Shown: positions 10,034-20,972, counted from the first letter of the stretch. The stretch is DNA of 64,000 nt from Candidatus Bathyarchaeota archaeon (GCA_963827165.1 CAWGZR010000005.1:160001-224000); one strand, 5' to 3'. Translations and numbers: made by a program. The notes: generated from the sequence alone by a model not told the origin.

Positions 10034-10609
10034 ATGAGGACAGAAGAAGTTTACCGCAAAACCAAAGAAACCGAAGTTCAAGTAAAAGTGAACCTCGACG
10101 GCGAAGGAAAAGCAAGTGTAGCCACCTGCGTACCTTTCCTCGACCATATGTTGACTTCCCTTGCAACCCACAGCCTAATCGACATCACGGCTTCTGTTAA
10201 AGGCGATTTGGTTCATCACTGCGTCGAAGACTTAGCCATTGGTCTTGGTGAAGCGCTAAACAAAGCGTTAGGCACAAGGGAAGGCATCACACGCTTCGGC
10301 AACGCAGCGGCGCCGATGGATTGCTCATTGGCGTTTGCAGCTGTAGACCTTGTGAAACGTCCCTACTTCAAGATTGACCTCAAACTCAAAGGCAAAAAAG
10401 TCGAGAACATGCCCACAGAAGACATCGTTCACTTCTTCGAATCTTTCGCCACCTCACTTGGATCAAACGTTCACGTCTACGTCGAATACGGTAGCAATGA
10501 CCACCACAAAGCAGAAGCCGCCACCAAAGCCCTCGCCCTATCCCTTCGTCAAGCGGTCGCGAGAGATCCGAGACGCAAAGGCGTACCCAGTTCAAAAGGA
10601 GTCATCTAG
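10034..10609 (+). CDS. hisB: imidazoleglycerol-phosphate dehydratase
   Basis: RKTKET, FLDHML, HH.VED, NDHHKAEA, PSSKG. Confidence 0.95.
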   Translation: MRTEEVYRKTKETEVQVKVNLDGEGKASVATCVPFLDHMLTSLATHSLIDITASVKGDLVHHCVEDLAIGLGEALNKALGTREGITRFGNAAAPMDCSLAFAAVDLVKRPYFKIDLKLKGKKVENMPTEDIVHFFESFATSLGSNVHVYVEYGSNDHHKAEAATKALALSLRQAVARDPRRKGVPSSKGVI

Positions 10610-10611
10610 GC

Positions 10612-11217
10612 GTGGCGAAAGCAGTAATCTTCGATTATGGCGTCGGCAACCTGCTTAGCCTGAAAACGGCTCTGGAAAAGGCAGGGTTAGATGCGGTGAT
10701 CGGCACTTCAGCTAAGGATTTAGCCGATGCTGATGCTCTCGCTTTGCCGGGAGTTGGAGCGTTTTCGCCAGCAGCGAAGAAGCTGGAATCAGTCAAGGAA
10801 ACGCTTAGAAACAAGATCGAAGCGGGTACGCCGCTAATCGGCATTTGCCTTGGCCTGCAACTTTTCTTTGAAGCCAGCGAAGAAGGACCTGGAAAAGGCT
10901 TAACGCTCTTCAAAGGCAAAACAGTTCAGTTGCCAAGCACAGTTAAGGTTCCGCATATGGGTTGGAACACACTCAACTTCGTGAAGCAAAATGAGCTTTT
11001 CGATGGCATAGCAGAAGGCGCCTACGTTTACTTTGTGCACTCGCTCTACCCAGTTCCTGTTGACAAAAACATAGTGGTATCGCAGACCGAGTACGGCACA
11101 AAGTTCACTTCAGCGGTGGCCTGCAAAAACATCTATGGGACTCAGTTCCACCCAGAAAAATCAGGCGACCTCGGCTTACAAATCCTCAAAAATTTTGCTA
11201 AAACGGTGGTCAGGTGA
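10612..11217 (+). CDS. hisH: IGP synthase glutaminase subunit
   Basis: GICLGLQ, PHMGWN, QFHPEKS. Confidence 0.95.
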   Translation: MAKAVIFDYGVGNLLSLKTALEKAGLDAVIGTSAKDLADADALALPGVGAFSPAAKKLESVKETLRNKIEAGTPLIGICLGLQLFFEASEEGPGKGLTLFKGKTVQLPSTVKVPHMGWNTLNFVKQNELFDGIAEGAYVYFVHSLYPVPVDKNIVVSQTEYGTKFTSAVACKNIYGTQFHPEKSGDLGLQILKNFAKTVVR

Positions 11218-11223
11218 ACAATA

Positions 11224-11949
11224 ATGAAGTTGATTCCAGCTATAGATTTGATGAGTGGAAAAATAGTTCGCCTTACGCGGGGCGAAGCGAAAACCGCCAA
11301 GTTCTATGACACAGAATTCGGAAAACCAGTTGAAGCCGCGAAGCGTTGGCAAGATGAAGGTGCGGGCAAATTGCACATTATCGATTTGGACGCAGCTTTC
11401 GGACTTGGGAACAACCACGGCGTCATTGCCGAGATAGCTAAAGATGTCAAGTTACCCATCCAGGTTGGCGGCGGGATACGCAGCTATGAAACAGCTGAAA
11501 AGCTTTTTCAAACAGGCATAACTCAAGTTATACTAGGTGCTTTGGCTTTTAGTGACCCTTCAGCCATAAGCAAAATCCAAAGAAAATTTGGGATGGACTC
11601 AGTTATCGTTGCTCTGGACAACAAAGATGGGCGCATATTGGTTGAAGGCTGGAAAACAGACACGGCCATGACCGTGGATGAAGCACTTGAGAAATACACC
11701 ACCCTGGGGGTTCGGAACTTTCTAATAACTTCGATAGCCCAAGACGGCATGCTTACTGGTCCAGACCTGCAAACTCTAAGTCAAGCCACCCTTTACCCAA
11801 ACGCCAAAATCGTTGCGGCAGGCGGAATCGGTAGCATAGGAGATTTGGCAGCTCTCAAAGACATCGGGGTTGAAGGCACCGTCATCGGAAAAGCCCTTTA
11901 TGAATGCAGATTCACACTAAGAGAAGCCATACAAAAAATAGGAGCCTAA
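11224..11949 (+). CDS. hisA: ProFAR isomerase
   Basis: IPAIDL, LHIIDLD, QVGGGIR, DGMLTGPD. Confidence 0.95.
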   Translation: MKLIPAIDLMSGKIVRLTRGEAKTAKFYDTEFGKPVEAAKRWQDEGAGKLHIIDLDAAFGLGNNHGVIAEIAKDVKLPIQVGGGIRSYETAEKLFQTGITQVILGALAFSDPSAISKIQRKFGMDSVIVALDNKDGRILVEGWKTDTAMTVDEALEKYTTLGVRNFLITSIAQDGMLTGPDLQTLSQATLYPNAKIVAAGGIGSIGDLAALKDIGVEGTVIGKALYECRFTLREAIQKIGA

Positions 11950-11951
11950 AA

Positions 11952-12755
11952 ATGCCGTTAGCCAAACGAATCATACCTTGCCTTGACGTTGACCATGGGA
12001 AAGTGGTGAAATGCATCAACTTCGTCAACCCTAAGCGAGCGGGCGACCCGGTTGAAATGGCTAAACGATACAGTGACGATGGGGCCGACGAACTGGTTTT
12101 TCTGGATATAACCGCATCCTCGGAAAAACGCGACATTTTACGTGGGGTTGTTGAAGGCGTCGCAAAAGCAATCAGCATTCCCTTCACCGTTGGCGGCGGG
12201 ATACGAAACGTCTCAGATGCAAGGCTTGTTTTATGCAGTGGCGCCGATAAAGTTTCAGTCAACACTGCCGCAGTCGAAAACCCTAAATTGATAACCGAGT
12301 TAGCCGACGTTTTTGGCAGGCAATGCGTAGTTTGCGCCATTGATGCAAAAAGGAACCACACGGCAAGCGACGGCAAAATCATGGTAGCCACGGTAGATGG
12401 AAAAGTTTGGTTTGAGGTGGTTACTTATGGCGGCAGGAGACCCACTGGAATCGACGCGTTGGCATGGGCATTGCAGGCTGAGAGGCTTGGGGCGGGCGAG
12501 TTTCTCGTGACTTCGATGGATCGGGACGGTACGAAAGACGGCTACGACATTGAGTTAACCCGTTCCATCTCAGAGCGCGTCAATGTCCCAATCATCGCAA
12601 GCGGCGGAGCAGGAACACCACAGCACCTCCTAGAAGTCCTCACCGAGGGCAAAGCAGACGCCGCATTGGCAGCTTCCATCTTCCACTACAACCAATACCC
12701 AGTTCCAATCGTGAAAGATTACCTGCGTAAAGCGGGGGTGATAATTAGACAATGA
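11952..12755 (+). CDS. hisF: IGP synthase cyclase subunit
   Basis: [35 protein letters not shown]. Confidence 0.95.
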   Translation: MPLAKRIIPCLDVDHGKVVKCINFVNPKRAGDPVEMAKRYSDDGADELVFLDITASSEKRDILRGVVEGVAKAISIPFTVGGGIRNVSDARLVLCSGADKVSVNTAAVENPKLITELADVFGRQCVVCAIDAKRNHTASDGKIMVATVDGKVWFEVVTYGGRRPTGIDALAWALQAERLGAGEFLVTSMDRDGTKDGYDIELTRSISERVNVPIIASGGAGTPQHLLEVLTEGKADAALAASIFHYNQYPVPIVKDYLRKAGVIIRQ

Positions 12756-13087
12756 CAACAAATCAAGAACTACTTGACAAATTGGATTTCAAAAAAGGCA
12801 ACGGCCTTATCCCAGTTGTGGTACAGGACGCAAAAACCAAAGAAGTTCTCATGCAAGCTTATGCAAACAGAGCGGCCGTCGAACTCACAATCAAAACCTG
12901 CAAAGCAACATACTGGAGTCGCTCACGTAACGAACTCTGGGTGAAAGGCGAAACCTCGGGGCACACTCAAAAAGTCATCTCCGTCTCAACCGACTGCGAC
13001 TATGACTCGCTACTCTACGTGGTCGAACAGACAGGACCCGCCTGCCACACGGGAGAATACAGCTGCTTCTACAACAAAATGCTCTAA
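12752..13087 (+). CDS. hisI: phosphoribosyl-AMP cyclohydrolase (no HisE domain)
   Basis: WSRSR, KGETSG, DCD.D, ACHTG..SCF. Confidence 0.95.
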   Translation: MTTNQELLDKLDFKKGNGLIPVVVQDAKTKEVLMQAYANRAAVELTIKTCKATYWSRSRNELWVKGETSGHTQKVISVSTDCDYDSLLYVVEQTGPACHTGEYSCFYNKML

Positions 13088-13102
13088 CGCCTTTCTTAAT
13101 TC

Positions 13103-13450
13103 TTATTTTAGCCTTAAACCAAGAGCTTTTAGCCTAAGAAAATGCGCATCTTTGGTCTCCAGAATCAAGTTGTGCGCCATGGCTGTAGCGGCAATTATTA
13201 GGTCGGCGTCAGGTAACAAGTTGCCCTTTTCTTTTAATTTACGATAAATTTGGCAATAGGCTTCAATTATGCTGTTGTCTAAGTTTAGAACCGAAAAACT
13301 TTCCTCGAGCAACTGCCTTATTTGAAGTCTCTTTTTATCCTCTATACCTCTCAGTACTTCAATAATAGTTATCGAAGAAATTAATGCTGGAGCATAATTG
13401 TCTTTTTTCAGTTTGTCGATAACTATGTCCGTGTCTAAGAGATTGACCGT
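13103..13450 (-). CDS. vapC: VapC/PIN toxin lacking a canonical start codon (ACG or mutated GTG)
   Basis: Frame reads (ACG)VNLLDTDIVID...ITIIEVLRG...DADLIIAATA...TKDAHF; in-frame TAG lies just upstream. Confidence 0.75.
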   Translation of the reverse strand, partial: TVNLLDTDIVIDKLKKDNYAPALISSITIIEVLRGIEDKKRLQIRQLLEESFSVLNLDNSIIEAYCQIYRKLKEKGNLLPDADLIIAATAMAHNLILETKDAHFLRLKALGLRLK

Positions 13451-13671
13451 AACTTGAAATTCTCCCTAAATTCCTTGCTCGACTCATGTATGGCTTTTAG
13501 ATCGTCTTCGGTGAGAAGTTGCCTAAGTTCTTCGAAGGCTTTCTTACCTTTAAGTCGCTGCCTCTCAGTGCACATCTCAAGGAGGAATTCCCCCCATTCC
13601 TTCGCCCCTTTTATTTCCTCCAGACGCTTTTTGACCTCAACTGGAACGGAGATTGTGGCATATTTGCTCAA
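13435..13671 (-). CDS. VapB-type antitoxin
   Basis: ATISVP.EVKKRL N-terminus; overlaps the PIN gene. Confidence 0.8.
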   Translation of the reverse strand: MSKYATISVPVEVKKRLEEIKGAKEWGEFLLEMCTERQRLKGKKAFEELRQLLTEDDLKAIHESSKEFRENFKLRSIS

Positions 13672-13803
13672 ATCTTAACACCATATAACGACATAGCTAC
13701 ATAACTATAAAGGTGTTTTTGCATGTCACTTTGGAAAGGCTCCGTAGCGAGCTCTTGTAGTTAATGCTTTTAAAGAAAACAAGCTTCTAGTGTTTGAGGA
13801 TAA

Positions 13804-14869
13804 GTGGGAGAAATGTCGCTTCATGAAGCCATGCTTTACGAGAAGCAAGATGAAGGCAAAGTGAAATGTTGCCTGTGCGCGAGGCGTTGCCTTATAAGCC
13901 CTGACTCATCGGGATTCTGTCTTGTTAGAAAAAACCAAGGCGGCACCCTTTACACGCTTAACTACGCTAAAGCAGTGTCAGCCGGCGTGGACCCAATTGG
14001 CAAGAAGCCCCTGTCGCACTTTAACCCCGGCGCACTAGTTCTGTCGGTTGCTGCTGCGGGCTGCAATTTCCGTTGCCAATTCTGCGACAACTGGATGATA
14101 AGCCAGGACAAAGAAGTTGCAGGCAGACCGTTTCCGCCTGAGGATGTAGTTAAATCCGCGTTGGACAGCCAATGCCAAGGAATCAGCTACACCTACACGG
14201 AGCCAACCATCTTCATGGAGTACGCCTACGACACCGCGAAGCTCGCGCATCAAGCAGGCTTATTCAACACGTTCGTCACCAATGGCTACATGACGCCCGA
14301 GGCAGTTCGAACAATCTCGCCATACTTGGATGCGGCAACAGTTGATTTCAAGGGCGGCGGCGACCCAGACTTCTACAAGTCAGTTATGGCTGTGCCAAAC
14401 GTCGAGCACATCTACGAAACGCCTAAAAGAACTCAAACTCGGCGGCGTCCATATAGAAATCACAAATCTGGTTGTGCCAAAAATAGGCGATTCAATGGCT
14501 AAAATCATGGACATGGCAACCTGGATTAAAGATTATTTGGGAGCAGACACGCCGTTTCATCTGCTACGTTTTCACCCTGACTACAAGTTGACAACGATTC
14601 CGGCTACAGATGTCAAAGATATGGAGAAAGCCTATGTGGTTGCCAAACACGCCGGCTTAAACTACGTCTACATAGGAAACATCCCAGGCCACCCATCTGA
14701 GAACACTTTTTGCCCAAACTGCAACGAAACCATAATCCGACGCGAGGGCTTTGACATAACCCAGTGGAAACTCACGCCTGACATGCGTTGCCCTGTTTGC
14801 GGACAAGCAATCCCAATAAAAGGCAAACTCTACGAAAACAACCTGCGCTATCCCTACTCAATTTTTTAG
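13804..14869 (+). pseudogene. AmmeMemoRadiSam-type radical SAM enzyme, split by a +1 frameshift near 14420
   Basis: CNFRCQFC and YTYTEP in 13804..14502; PFHLLRFHP and CPNC...CPVC in 14330..14869; one extra base in GAAACGCCTAAAAGAA. Confidence 0.8.
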
Positions 14870-14903
14870 AAAATCAACCAACTTGCACTAAGCGACGGCT
14901 TCT

Positions 14904-15641
14904 TTAAATGTGGAGTAGTCCTATGCCTGCCCATTTTTGCTTTGGGTCAGCGATTATTTCGGTGTGGTTGTACTTGTTTTTTATTTCAGCCCAGTATCGG
15001 TCCACTTCGCTCACTCCCAAGTGGTGACCGCAGATGTCGTGAAAACCGATTAATCCGCCTCTGCGAACCAGTGGGCTGTACATTTCAAAGTCCTTTTTGA
15101 CTCCTTCATACGTGTGGTCGCCGTCGATGAAAAGAAAATCCAGCTTTTCTCCCTTAAGAGAGAACTTTGCTTTCGCGAGGTTTGCAGGGCTGTGGGAGTC
15201 GCCTCTCAAAAGGGTCAATACTTGACCTTTCTGGATGAAATTAGCTAAGTAAGAGGTTTTGAACCTGTCGTACCCGCGTTTTATTGATTGTTCACTTGGC
15301 AAATCTAAACTTATCATTTTCGCGTCAGGCAGCAATGTCCAACTGAACAGGAACAGGGTTCCCCCGTTGCGGGTACCGATCTCCATCATCGACTGTACGT
15401 TTCTCTTCCGAAGTATCGACAGCAAAGTAACAATTTCTGCAGGAACCTGCTGCAGGCTAATACTCCAGCCCAACGGCTTTAGCGGCGCAAAAAGATTGGA
15501 GATAACACCTATCAATTCCTCAGTTTTCCGGGATCCCTGAGCACTATTTCTTATAAGAGAACCCGCTGTCTTTCCTAACAACTCGTAAACAAACGGGTAA
15601 TCATGCATCATGTAAATTACATATTTTCCGTAATGAACCAT
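14904..15641 (-). CDS. class I SAM-dependent methyltransferase (Methyltransf_24-like)
   Basis: MEIGT..GGT, LFIDGDHTYE, GGLIGFHD. Confidence 0.85.
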   Translation of the reverse strand: MVHYGKYVIYMMHDYPFVYELLGKTAGSLIRNSAQGSRKTEELIGVISNLFAPLKPLGWSISLQQVPAEIVTLLSILRKRNVQSMMEIGTRNGGTLFLFSWTLLPDAKMISLDLPSEQSIKRGYDRFKTSYLANFIQKGQVLTLLRGDSHSPANLAKAKFSLKGEKLDFLFIDGDHTYEGVKKDFEMYSPLVRRGGLIGFHDICGHHLGVSEVDRYWAEIKNKYNHTEIIADPKQKWAGIGLLHI

Positions 15642-15856
15642 TTTTCCATAACTGCCTTATCTTGTCGCAACAAGGCTGTTTTCTTGTTTTATTAAGTTTT
15701 AAAATTTTCCTACGTTAGGGGCAAAAAATGATAGCGGGCTACTTACGAACTTTACAATGGAATTTGAGAAGTTGACGGCCGGGTTTTTGAAGGGTTAAGA
15801 TGAGACATTTTATTAGGGTTAAGCTGGAAACAGCATCTGTGAAAGTACCTAAATCG

Positions 15857-16717
15857 ATGGCGAAATACTCTGCGCTAGCGGTCTGTACCAGCTACTGGAA
15901 ACCAAAAGAAGACTACGTCTCAAATATAATTGACGCCTTAGACGGGAAACTCGAAAACGGAGATTTCGTGGTCGTCTCTGAAAAAGCGGTGTCAACAGCA
16001 AAAGGCAACATAGCTGATGAAAGCCTCATAAAACCGACTTCAGCCGCCTGTGTTCTTGCGCGTTTTTGGATGCGGATTGCGTGGGGTTACCCTGTTGGAA
16101 TGATCTGCCATTTTGGAGGACGATTACTGTTTAGACTCAGGAATTATCCACTTGAGTCAGGAAGTCGGCACAAGCAGTTGGTGTTGGAGCAAGCGGGCGT
16201 TTTGCAGGCACTTATGTTCGGCTCAGAAGGAGGCATTGACGGATCTAACCTTCCATTCTCGTACGTATCGTTGCCTCTGGAAAACGCTTGTGAAGTCGCT
16301 CAAGAAATCCGTGAGAAGATACTTAAGAATTTGAATGTGCATGTCTGCGTGATAGTTGCTGATACCGACAAGACTTACAGGTTTAGAAATTTCTTTTTTA
16401 CTCCCAGACCAAAACCTCTGAAAGGAATAAAATCCTTCGGCGGCGCCGCAACATACGTTTTGGGCAGAGTTCTCAAGTTCAAGAAAAGTTCAACGCCCTT
16501 ATCTGTCGCTGGATGCAGTCTTCAAGCAAGCCAAGCGTTAACGATAACTAATATAGCTGACAGAGCGAGGGGTGCGGGTTCAGGAGCGACGGTTTGGGAT
16601 ATGGCCTCGCGGTTTCAGGTGGATGTTAGTGGTGTAAGCTGGGAGATGTTGTCTGAAATTAAGCATAAGCCTCTTGTCATAGTGCGAAAAAACCATGTTA
16701 AGAAGATTAATAGATAA
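15857..16717 (+). CDS. F420-0:gamma-glutamyl ligase (CofE-like) family protein
   Basis: VVSEKAVS, GGIDGSN, IVADTDK. Confidence 0.7.
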   Translation: MAKYSALAVCTSYWKPKEDYVSNIIDALDGKLENGDFVVVSEKAVSTAKGNIADESLIKPTSAACVLARFWMRIAWGYPVGMICHFGGRLLFRLRNYPLESGSRHKQLVLEQAGVLQALMFGSEGGIDGSNLPFSYVSLPLENACEVAQEIREKILKNLNVHVCVIVADTDKTYRFRNFFFTPRPKPLKGIKSFGGAATYVLGRVLKFKKSSTPLSVAGCSLQASQALTITNIADRARGAGSGATVWDMASRFQVDVSGVSWEMLSEIKHKPLVIVRKNHVKKINR

Positions 16718-16800
16718 GGACAAATAATCTTGTATTAGAATCGTGATTTTTGAAGAGTAACAGATAAAAACAAGACTTTGAAGGCTCATAGCCATACAAG

Positions 16801-18315
16801 GTGACAAGTGACATGGAAGAAGCATTGAAGAAGTTAGATGCTTTCTTTAATCCGCGGACAGTAGCGGTTATTGGAGCCACTAAAAAAGTTGACAAAGCAG
16901 GCCACGTCATATTCAAGAACTTTTCAACAGCGAAACAACGTGGCGTTTTCAAAGGTGAACTTTTTCCGGTTAACCCAAACGAAGACTCGATTTTGGGCTT
17001 CAAATGTTTCAAAAGCCTAAGCGAAGTTCCTGGAGAAGTGGATTTAATCGTCATTATCGTTCCGGCGACAATTGTGCCGAGCGTAATGGAAGAAGCCTGC
17101 GCGAAAAAAGTCAAAGCCTGCGTCATAATTAGCGCTGGTTTTAAGGAAGTTGGGAACGTAGCACTTGAAGAGCAAGTTGTGACTGTCGCTAAGAAAGGCG
17201 GAATACGCGTCTTAGGACCTAACTGCCTCGGAGTTTACTACTCAAAAACGGGAATCGATACCCTTTTCCTACCTGAAACAAAAACCCTCACAACCGGTGA
17301 TGAGGTTGTAGCTACCCCAAGACCAATGCCCGGGAACATCGCGATGATTACCCAAAGCGGCGCCTTCGGATCAGCCGCTCTAGACTTCTTGACAGGTCGC
17401 CAGATGGGTGTAAGCAAATTCGTAAGCTTCGGCAACAAATGCGACGTAGACGAATCAGACATCCTCCACTACCTTCTATACGACAAAGAAACCCATGTGA
17501 CACTCATGTACTTGGAGGACGTTAAGAATGGGCGAGATTTCCTGGAAATAGCCAAAAAAGTGACTCTCAAAAAACCCGTTGTCGTCATCAAAACTGGCCG
17601 GAGCTCCGCAGGTGCTCGAGCCGCAGCGTCCCACACGGGCGCCATAGCCGGATCAGACAAGGTCTACGATGCTGCTTTCGAGCAGAGCGGAGTCATAAGG
17701 GCAAGAGACATGGACGAATTCTTCGGCATGGGAAAAGCCCTTGCAATGCAGCCTCCAGCCGTCGGACGAAACATCGGCATATTGACCGACGCAGGTGGAC
17801 CTGGCGTCATGACAGTGGATGAATGTGAGGCTTTAGGCTTAACCGTTAACAAATTCACCCCCGACATACTTCAAGAGTTCCAGCAGCTCAAAGACCAAAA
17901 CCAAATCCTCAAGATCTCCGCGACATCAAACCCCGTCGACCTTACCGGCTCGGTGACCGACGACCAATTCGTAATCTCAGCGGACGTTATATTTCGGGAT
18001 CCAGAAATCAATGGCATAATCTTGCTCGGGCTCCATCATATGCCTGGACTGCGTGAGAAGTATATTGATGGCATCGTCATGATCTCCGGAAGATACAACA
18101 AACCCATCGTAATGTGCGATATTGGCGAAACAGAAATGGCGCTCTACACCCGCTCAAGGTTCGACAGACTAAGCGTTCCAGCATACTCTTCGCCTGAGGC
18201 TGCTGCCCGAGCGATGAAGGCGCTGGTGACATACGGCGAATACCTAAAGAAGTACGACGCTGCAGACGAACGCATCGCATTCGTAAAAAAGAACTGCAAC
18301 GCAGTCACACAATGA
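16801..18315 (+). CDS. acdA: ADP-forming acyl/acetyl-CoA synthetase alpha subunit
   Basis: VAVIGAT, GPNCLG, QSGA, AASHTGA phospho-His motif, NPVDL. Confidence 0.9.
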   Translation: MTSDMEEALKKLDAFFNPRTVAVIGATKKVDKAGHVIFKNFSTAKQRGVFKGELFPVNPNEDSILGFKCFKSLSEVPGEVDLIVIIVPATIVPSVMEEACAKKVKACVIISAGFKEVGNVALEEQVVTVAKKGGIRVLGPNCLGVYYSKTGIDTLFLPETKTLTTGDEVVATPRPMPGNIAMITQSGAFGSAALDFLTGRQMGVSKFVSFGNKCDVDESDILHYLLYDKETHVTLMYLEDVKNGRDFLEIAKKVTLKKPVVVIKTGRSSAGARAAASHTGAIAGSDKVYDAAFEQSGVIRARDMDEFFGMGKALAMQPPAVGRNIGILTDAGGPGVMTVDECEALGLTVNKFTPDILQEFQQLKDQNQILKISATSNPVDLTGSVTDDQFVISADVIFRDPEINGIILLGLHHMPGLREKYIDGIVMISGRYNKPIVMCDIGETEMALYTRSRFDRLSVPAYSSPEAAARAMKALVTYGEYLKKYDAADERIAFVKKNCNAVTQ

Positions 18316-18736
18316 CATCGACGCTGACTTGACTGCCATCTTCCAACTTGAAACGTTCCCTCAACTTTGAAGCAGCCACAACCTCCAAAACGTCGTTTGG
18401 GTAGCTAGGTATTTGCGGCTGAATCACCGCGCAACCCAATCCTTTTACACATGCTTCAAACAAAATTCCAGTGCAATAATTATTCTCGGGCAGAATCTCG
18501 AATTTTGTGGCTTTCTCAAGCATTTTCTTTCGAAGCGCGCTCTCTTTCGTCAGGCGGATGTTTAGGGTTCCCAAGTAAGGGGTAAAACAGAGTTTTTCCT
18601 CTATCTGCCGCGTGACCCATGGTAAAGCAATGAATTTTCTTCCTTCGCCGCTGCCCGAAAAAACCTTGCCCTCAAAGGTTATCTGAGGCAAAAATAAGCC
18701 TTCACGAAGGCTTACGGCTTCTGCTCTTTCAGCCAT
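18305..18736 (-). CDS. ribK: CTP-dependent riboflavin kinase
   Basis: G.VFSG.GEG..F, PY.GTLN, LEVVA...LR. Confidence 0.85.
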   Translation of the reverse strand: MAERAEAVSLREGLFLPQITFEGKVFSGSGEGRKFIALPWVTRQIEEKLCFTPYLGTLNIRLTKESALRKKMLEKATKFEILPENNYCTGILFEACVKGLGCAVIQPQIPSYPNDVLEVVAASKLRERFKLEDGSQVSVDVIV

Positions 18737-19092
18737 TGGGCAACCTGTTTTAGAACGGGATCGGTTGATATGTCGACTACTGGGACAATCATTTTCTCTT
18801 TGGTTTCAATTGTTTGCGCGTACTTTGGCATAAGCGAGTACCCGACAAAAGTCCAGTATACCTTGCGGTTCTCCAGCAACTCCCTGGCAACCGCTGTTGT
18901 CGAAGCTGGAAGGGGGAAATACAGGAATACCACACCTTCAACCCAGTAGAGACCCGCTAGTTTGCCGCCTGCAATGACGGAGGTGAATCGTGCAATGTCT
19001 TCGGGGGTGTTGAAGAAGGTTTTCTCCATGACAATTATTTCTTTAAACGGCGAATAAGAAATACTTACTTGAGGTGTGCTCATAACACTCAT
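18712..19092 (-). CDS. hypothetical protein
   Basis: 126-aa ORF overlapping ribK in an operon-like arrangement; LYWVEGVVF motif. Confidence 0.7.
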   Translation of the reverse strand: MSVMSTPQVSISYSPFKEIIVMEKTFFNTPEDIARFTSVIAGGKLAGLYWVEGVVFLYFPLPASTTAVARELLENRKVYWTFVGYSLMPKYAQTIETKEKMIVPVVDISTDPVLKQVAQWLKEQKP

Positions 19093-19240
19093 CTTAGTTG
19101 GTTAGCTAGTGTGTAGGCGGTTCCCTTTTAATATTACCGTAATCCGAACATTTCAAGCTAAGCAGGCCAAGAGAAAAGTTAGGTACCGCATGATTTGTTA
19201 ACAAAACACTTTTTGAAAATGGTTTCAAACTGTTTTTGCC

Positions 19241-19483
19241 TTAGTCTTTTACGCCTGCTTTTTTTCTGACCCAATCGTTGAACTTTCCGTATACCCCGCC
19301 GAAAACAATCTCCAATACGACGGAGGAGCCCAAACCGATCAACGCGGCTTCAATCGACTTCGAAGTATACAGGAACACAGGCGTGTAAACGATCACCCAA
19401 AAAACCGCCATGGTAACAGCATCAACAGCGAATTTCCTATTCACGAAATATCTGACGTATTTGTTATTTACCAAAGTCGCCAT
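19241..19483 (-). CDS. small membrane protein (possibly AlaE-like half-module)
   Basis: Two TM helices; D..AM and YG...D motifs. Confidence 0.55.
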   Translation of the reverse strand: MATLVNNKYVRYFVNRKFAVDAVTMAVFWVIVYTPVFLYTSKSIEAALIGLGSSVVLEIVFGGVYGKFNDWVRKKAGVKD

Positions 19484-19704
19484 CCTCTGAACTCTTTTGC
19501 TTAATTCTCAACATTAAAAGGATTACGGAACGAGAATGGAGTGGCATAAAGCCGAAAAGGTAAAATCCAAATACGCCATGCCCGCTTGCAGACGCCTCCG
19601 CAACAGCACAACCGCTGAAAAACAAAAATCCACATTCGCTACAGGCAGTGCCAAGGAGTTTGAAAGGTTGACCACAAAACTGCCCAAAATAAGATCTTTA
19701 AAAG

Positions 19705-20972
19705 CTAATCGTTGCCTTTGTCGTTTGGTTTTGTCTCGAGAACCCTAATTTTTCTATGCATGTAAGCAATGAGGGCAACCAACAAAGCAACCACCATAAC
19801 CAGTGTTGCGGATGCGACAACCTCTACCCAGCCAAGGTTGAATTGGGATGTTGATAAACTGGCGTATGCTTGGTTGGGTGTCGACGGCAAGTTTTGGGAG
19901 GGGTTTTCGAGCATGGCAGAAGTGGGAGATGGCGACAATGCTGAGGTTACCTGAGTTGAGCCGTAGACTGAGCCGTCTGTCAAGTTCAAAGTTTGCGTGT
20001 TGCTCCAGTCGCTTGTCGATTCGGCAACAAAGCTAGACAGATAACTTCCACAATCAGTATTACCAACGTACCATTGTTCGTACATATTAAAGATTGTACG
20101 CGTGTCCCAAACCCACCTTGTATTGTAGCAACCTAAAATTGCTTGAACCTGAAAATCTACCTTGCTGTCGTCAGGGAAAGTATTTGCGGGAATTTGCACA
20201 ACGGTGTAATCTGAGCTTGATTCAACAACTAGTACGGCGTCGGGGGTTGATACTGTTTTGATACTTGGATTTTCGTCCAAGAATGATATTTCTGTCCAGT
20301 TTTGCGAAAAATGACCTTTCACCCTAATATTATAAAAAGTGATGAAAGCCATTGATCCATCTGAGTAAGCAACGTGTTGATTTCGAATTGACAGTTGAAT
20401 AGTTGAGTTTTGAACATTATAGCCTGCTGAGCCAGAACTTACTTGCTCTTGCGCTCCCGTATATGGGTTCGTAGTGTAAATAGGTGAAGTCGCGGGCACA
20501 TCATAAGGATGCGAAACAAGCGCCAAGGTGAATTCTGGAACAGACACTCCTGGCGCAGGGCCAGAGATGGGATAAGAGGTCGGCGACGGGAAAGGAGAAG
20601 GCGTCACCGTTGCCCCGTTGTAAACAAACTGCATCGTGATTTGGGTGGGATAGCTTGTACAGCCAATCGACAATGAATACGAGTTAGTAGGCTGGGTCAT
20701 GTTCATCTGCTGGGTGCTATTGCCGCCCTGCGTTTGCTCGTTGAAGGAAATTAAGATGAGGTAGGGAGGAGGCCCATATACCACGATATTATAGGCATAG
20801 GGTTAATTGCTCCGGGGTCGGGCGACGGCATCTTGACTATGTCATAGGTCGCAGTATAACCAGGCAACGCATAGCTATACGCTCCAGTAGTCGCCTTCGC
20901 CGAAGAAAAGCAGAACGCAGCCAATAGAAAAACAGCAGCCGCCATAAGTGCAACTTCTTTTAGCTTCGCCAT
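19705..20972 (-). pseudogene. secreted, C-terminally anchored S/T/P-rich protein, frameshifted near 20800
   Basis: Signal peptide MAKLKEVALMAAAVFLLAAFCFSSAKA in one frame; body (PEFTL..SHPYDVP, C-terminal TM) in another; one extra C in AACCCTATG joins them. Confidence 0.65.

Noticed and set aside
14410-14430. Programmed frameshift in the radical SAM gene
   Set aside because: No convincing slippery site or stimulator; a one-base insertion explains it.
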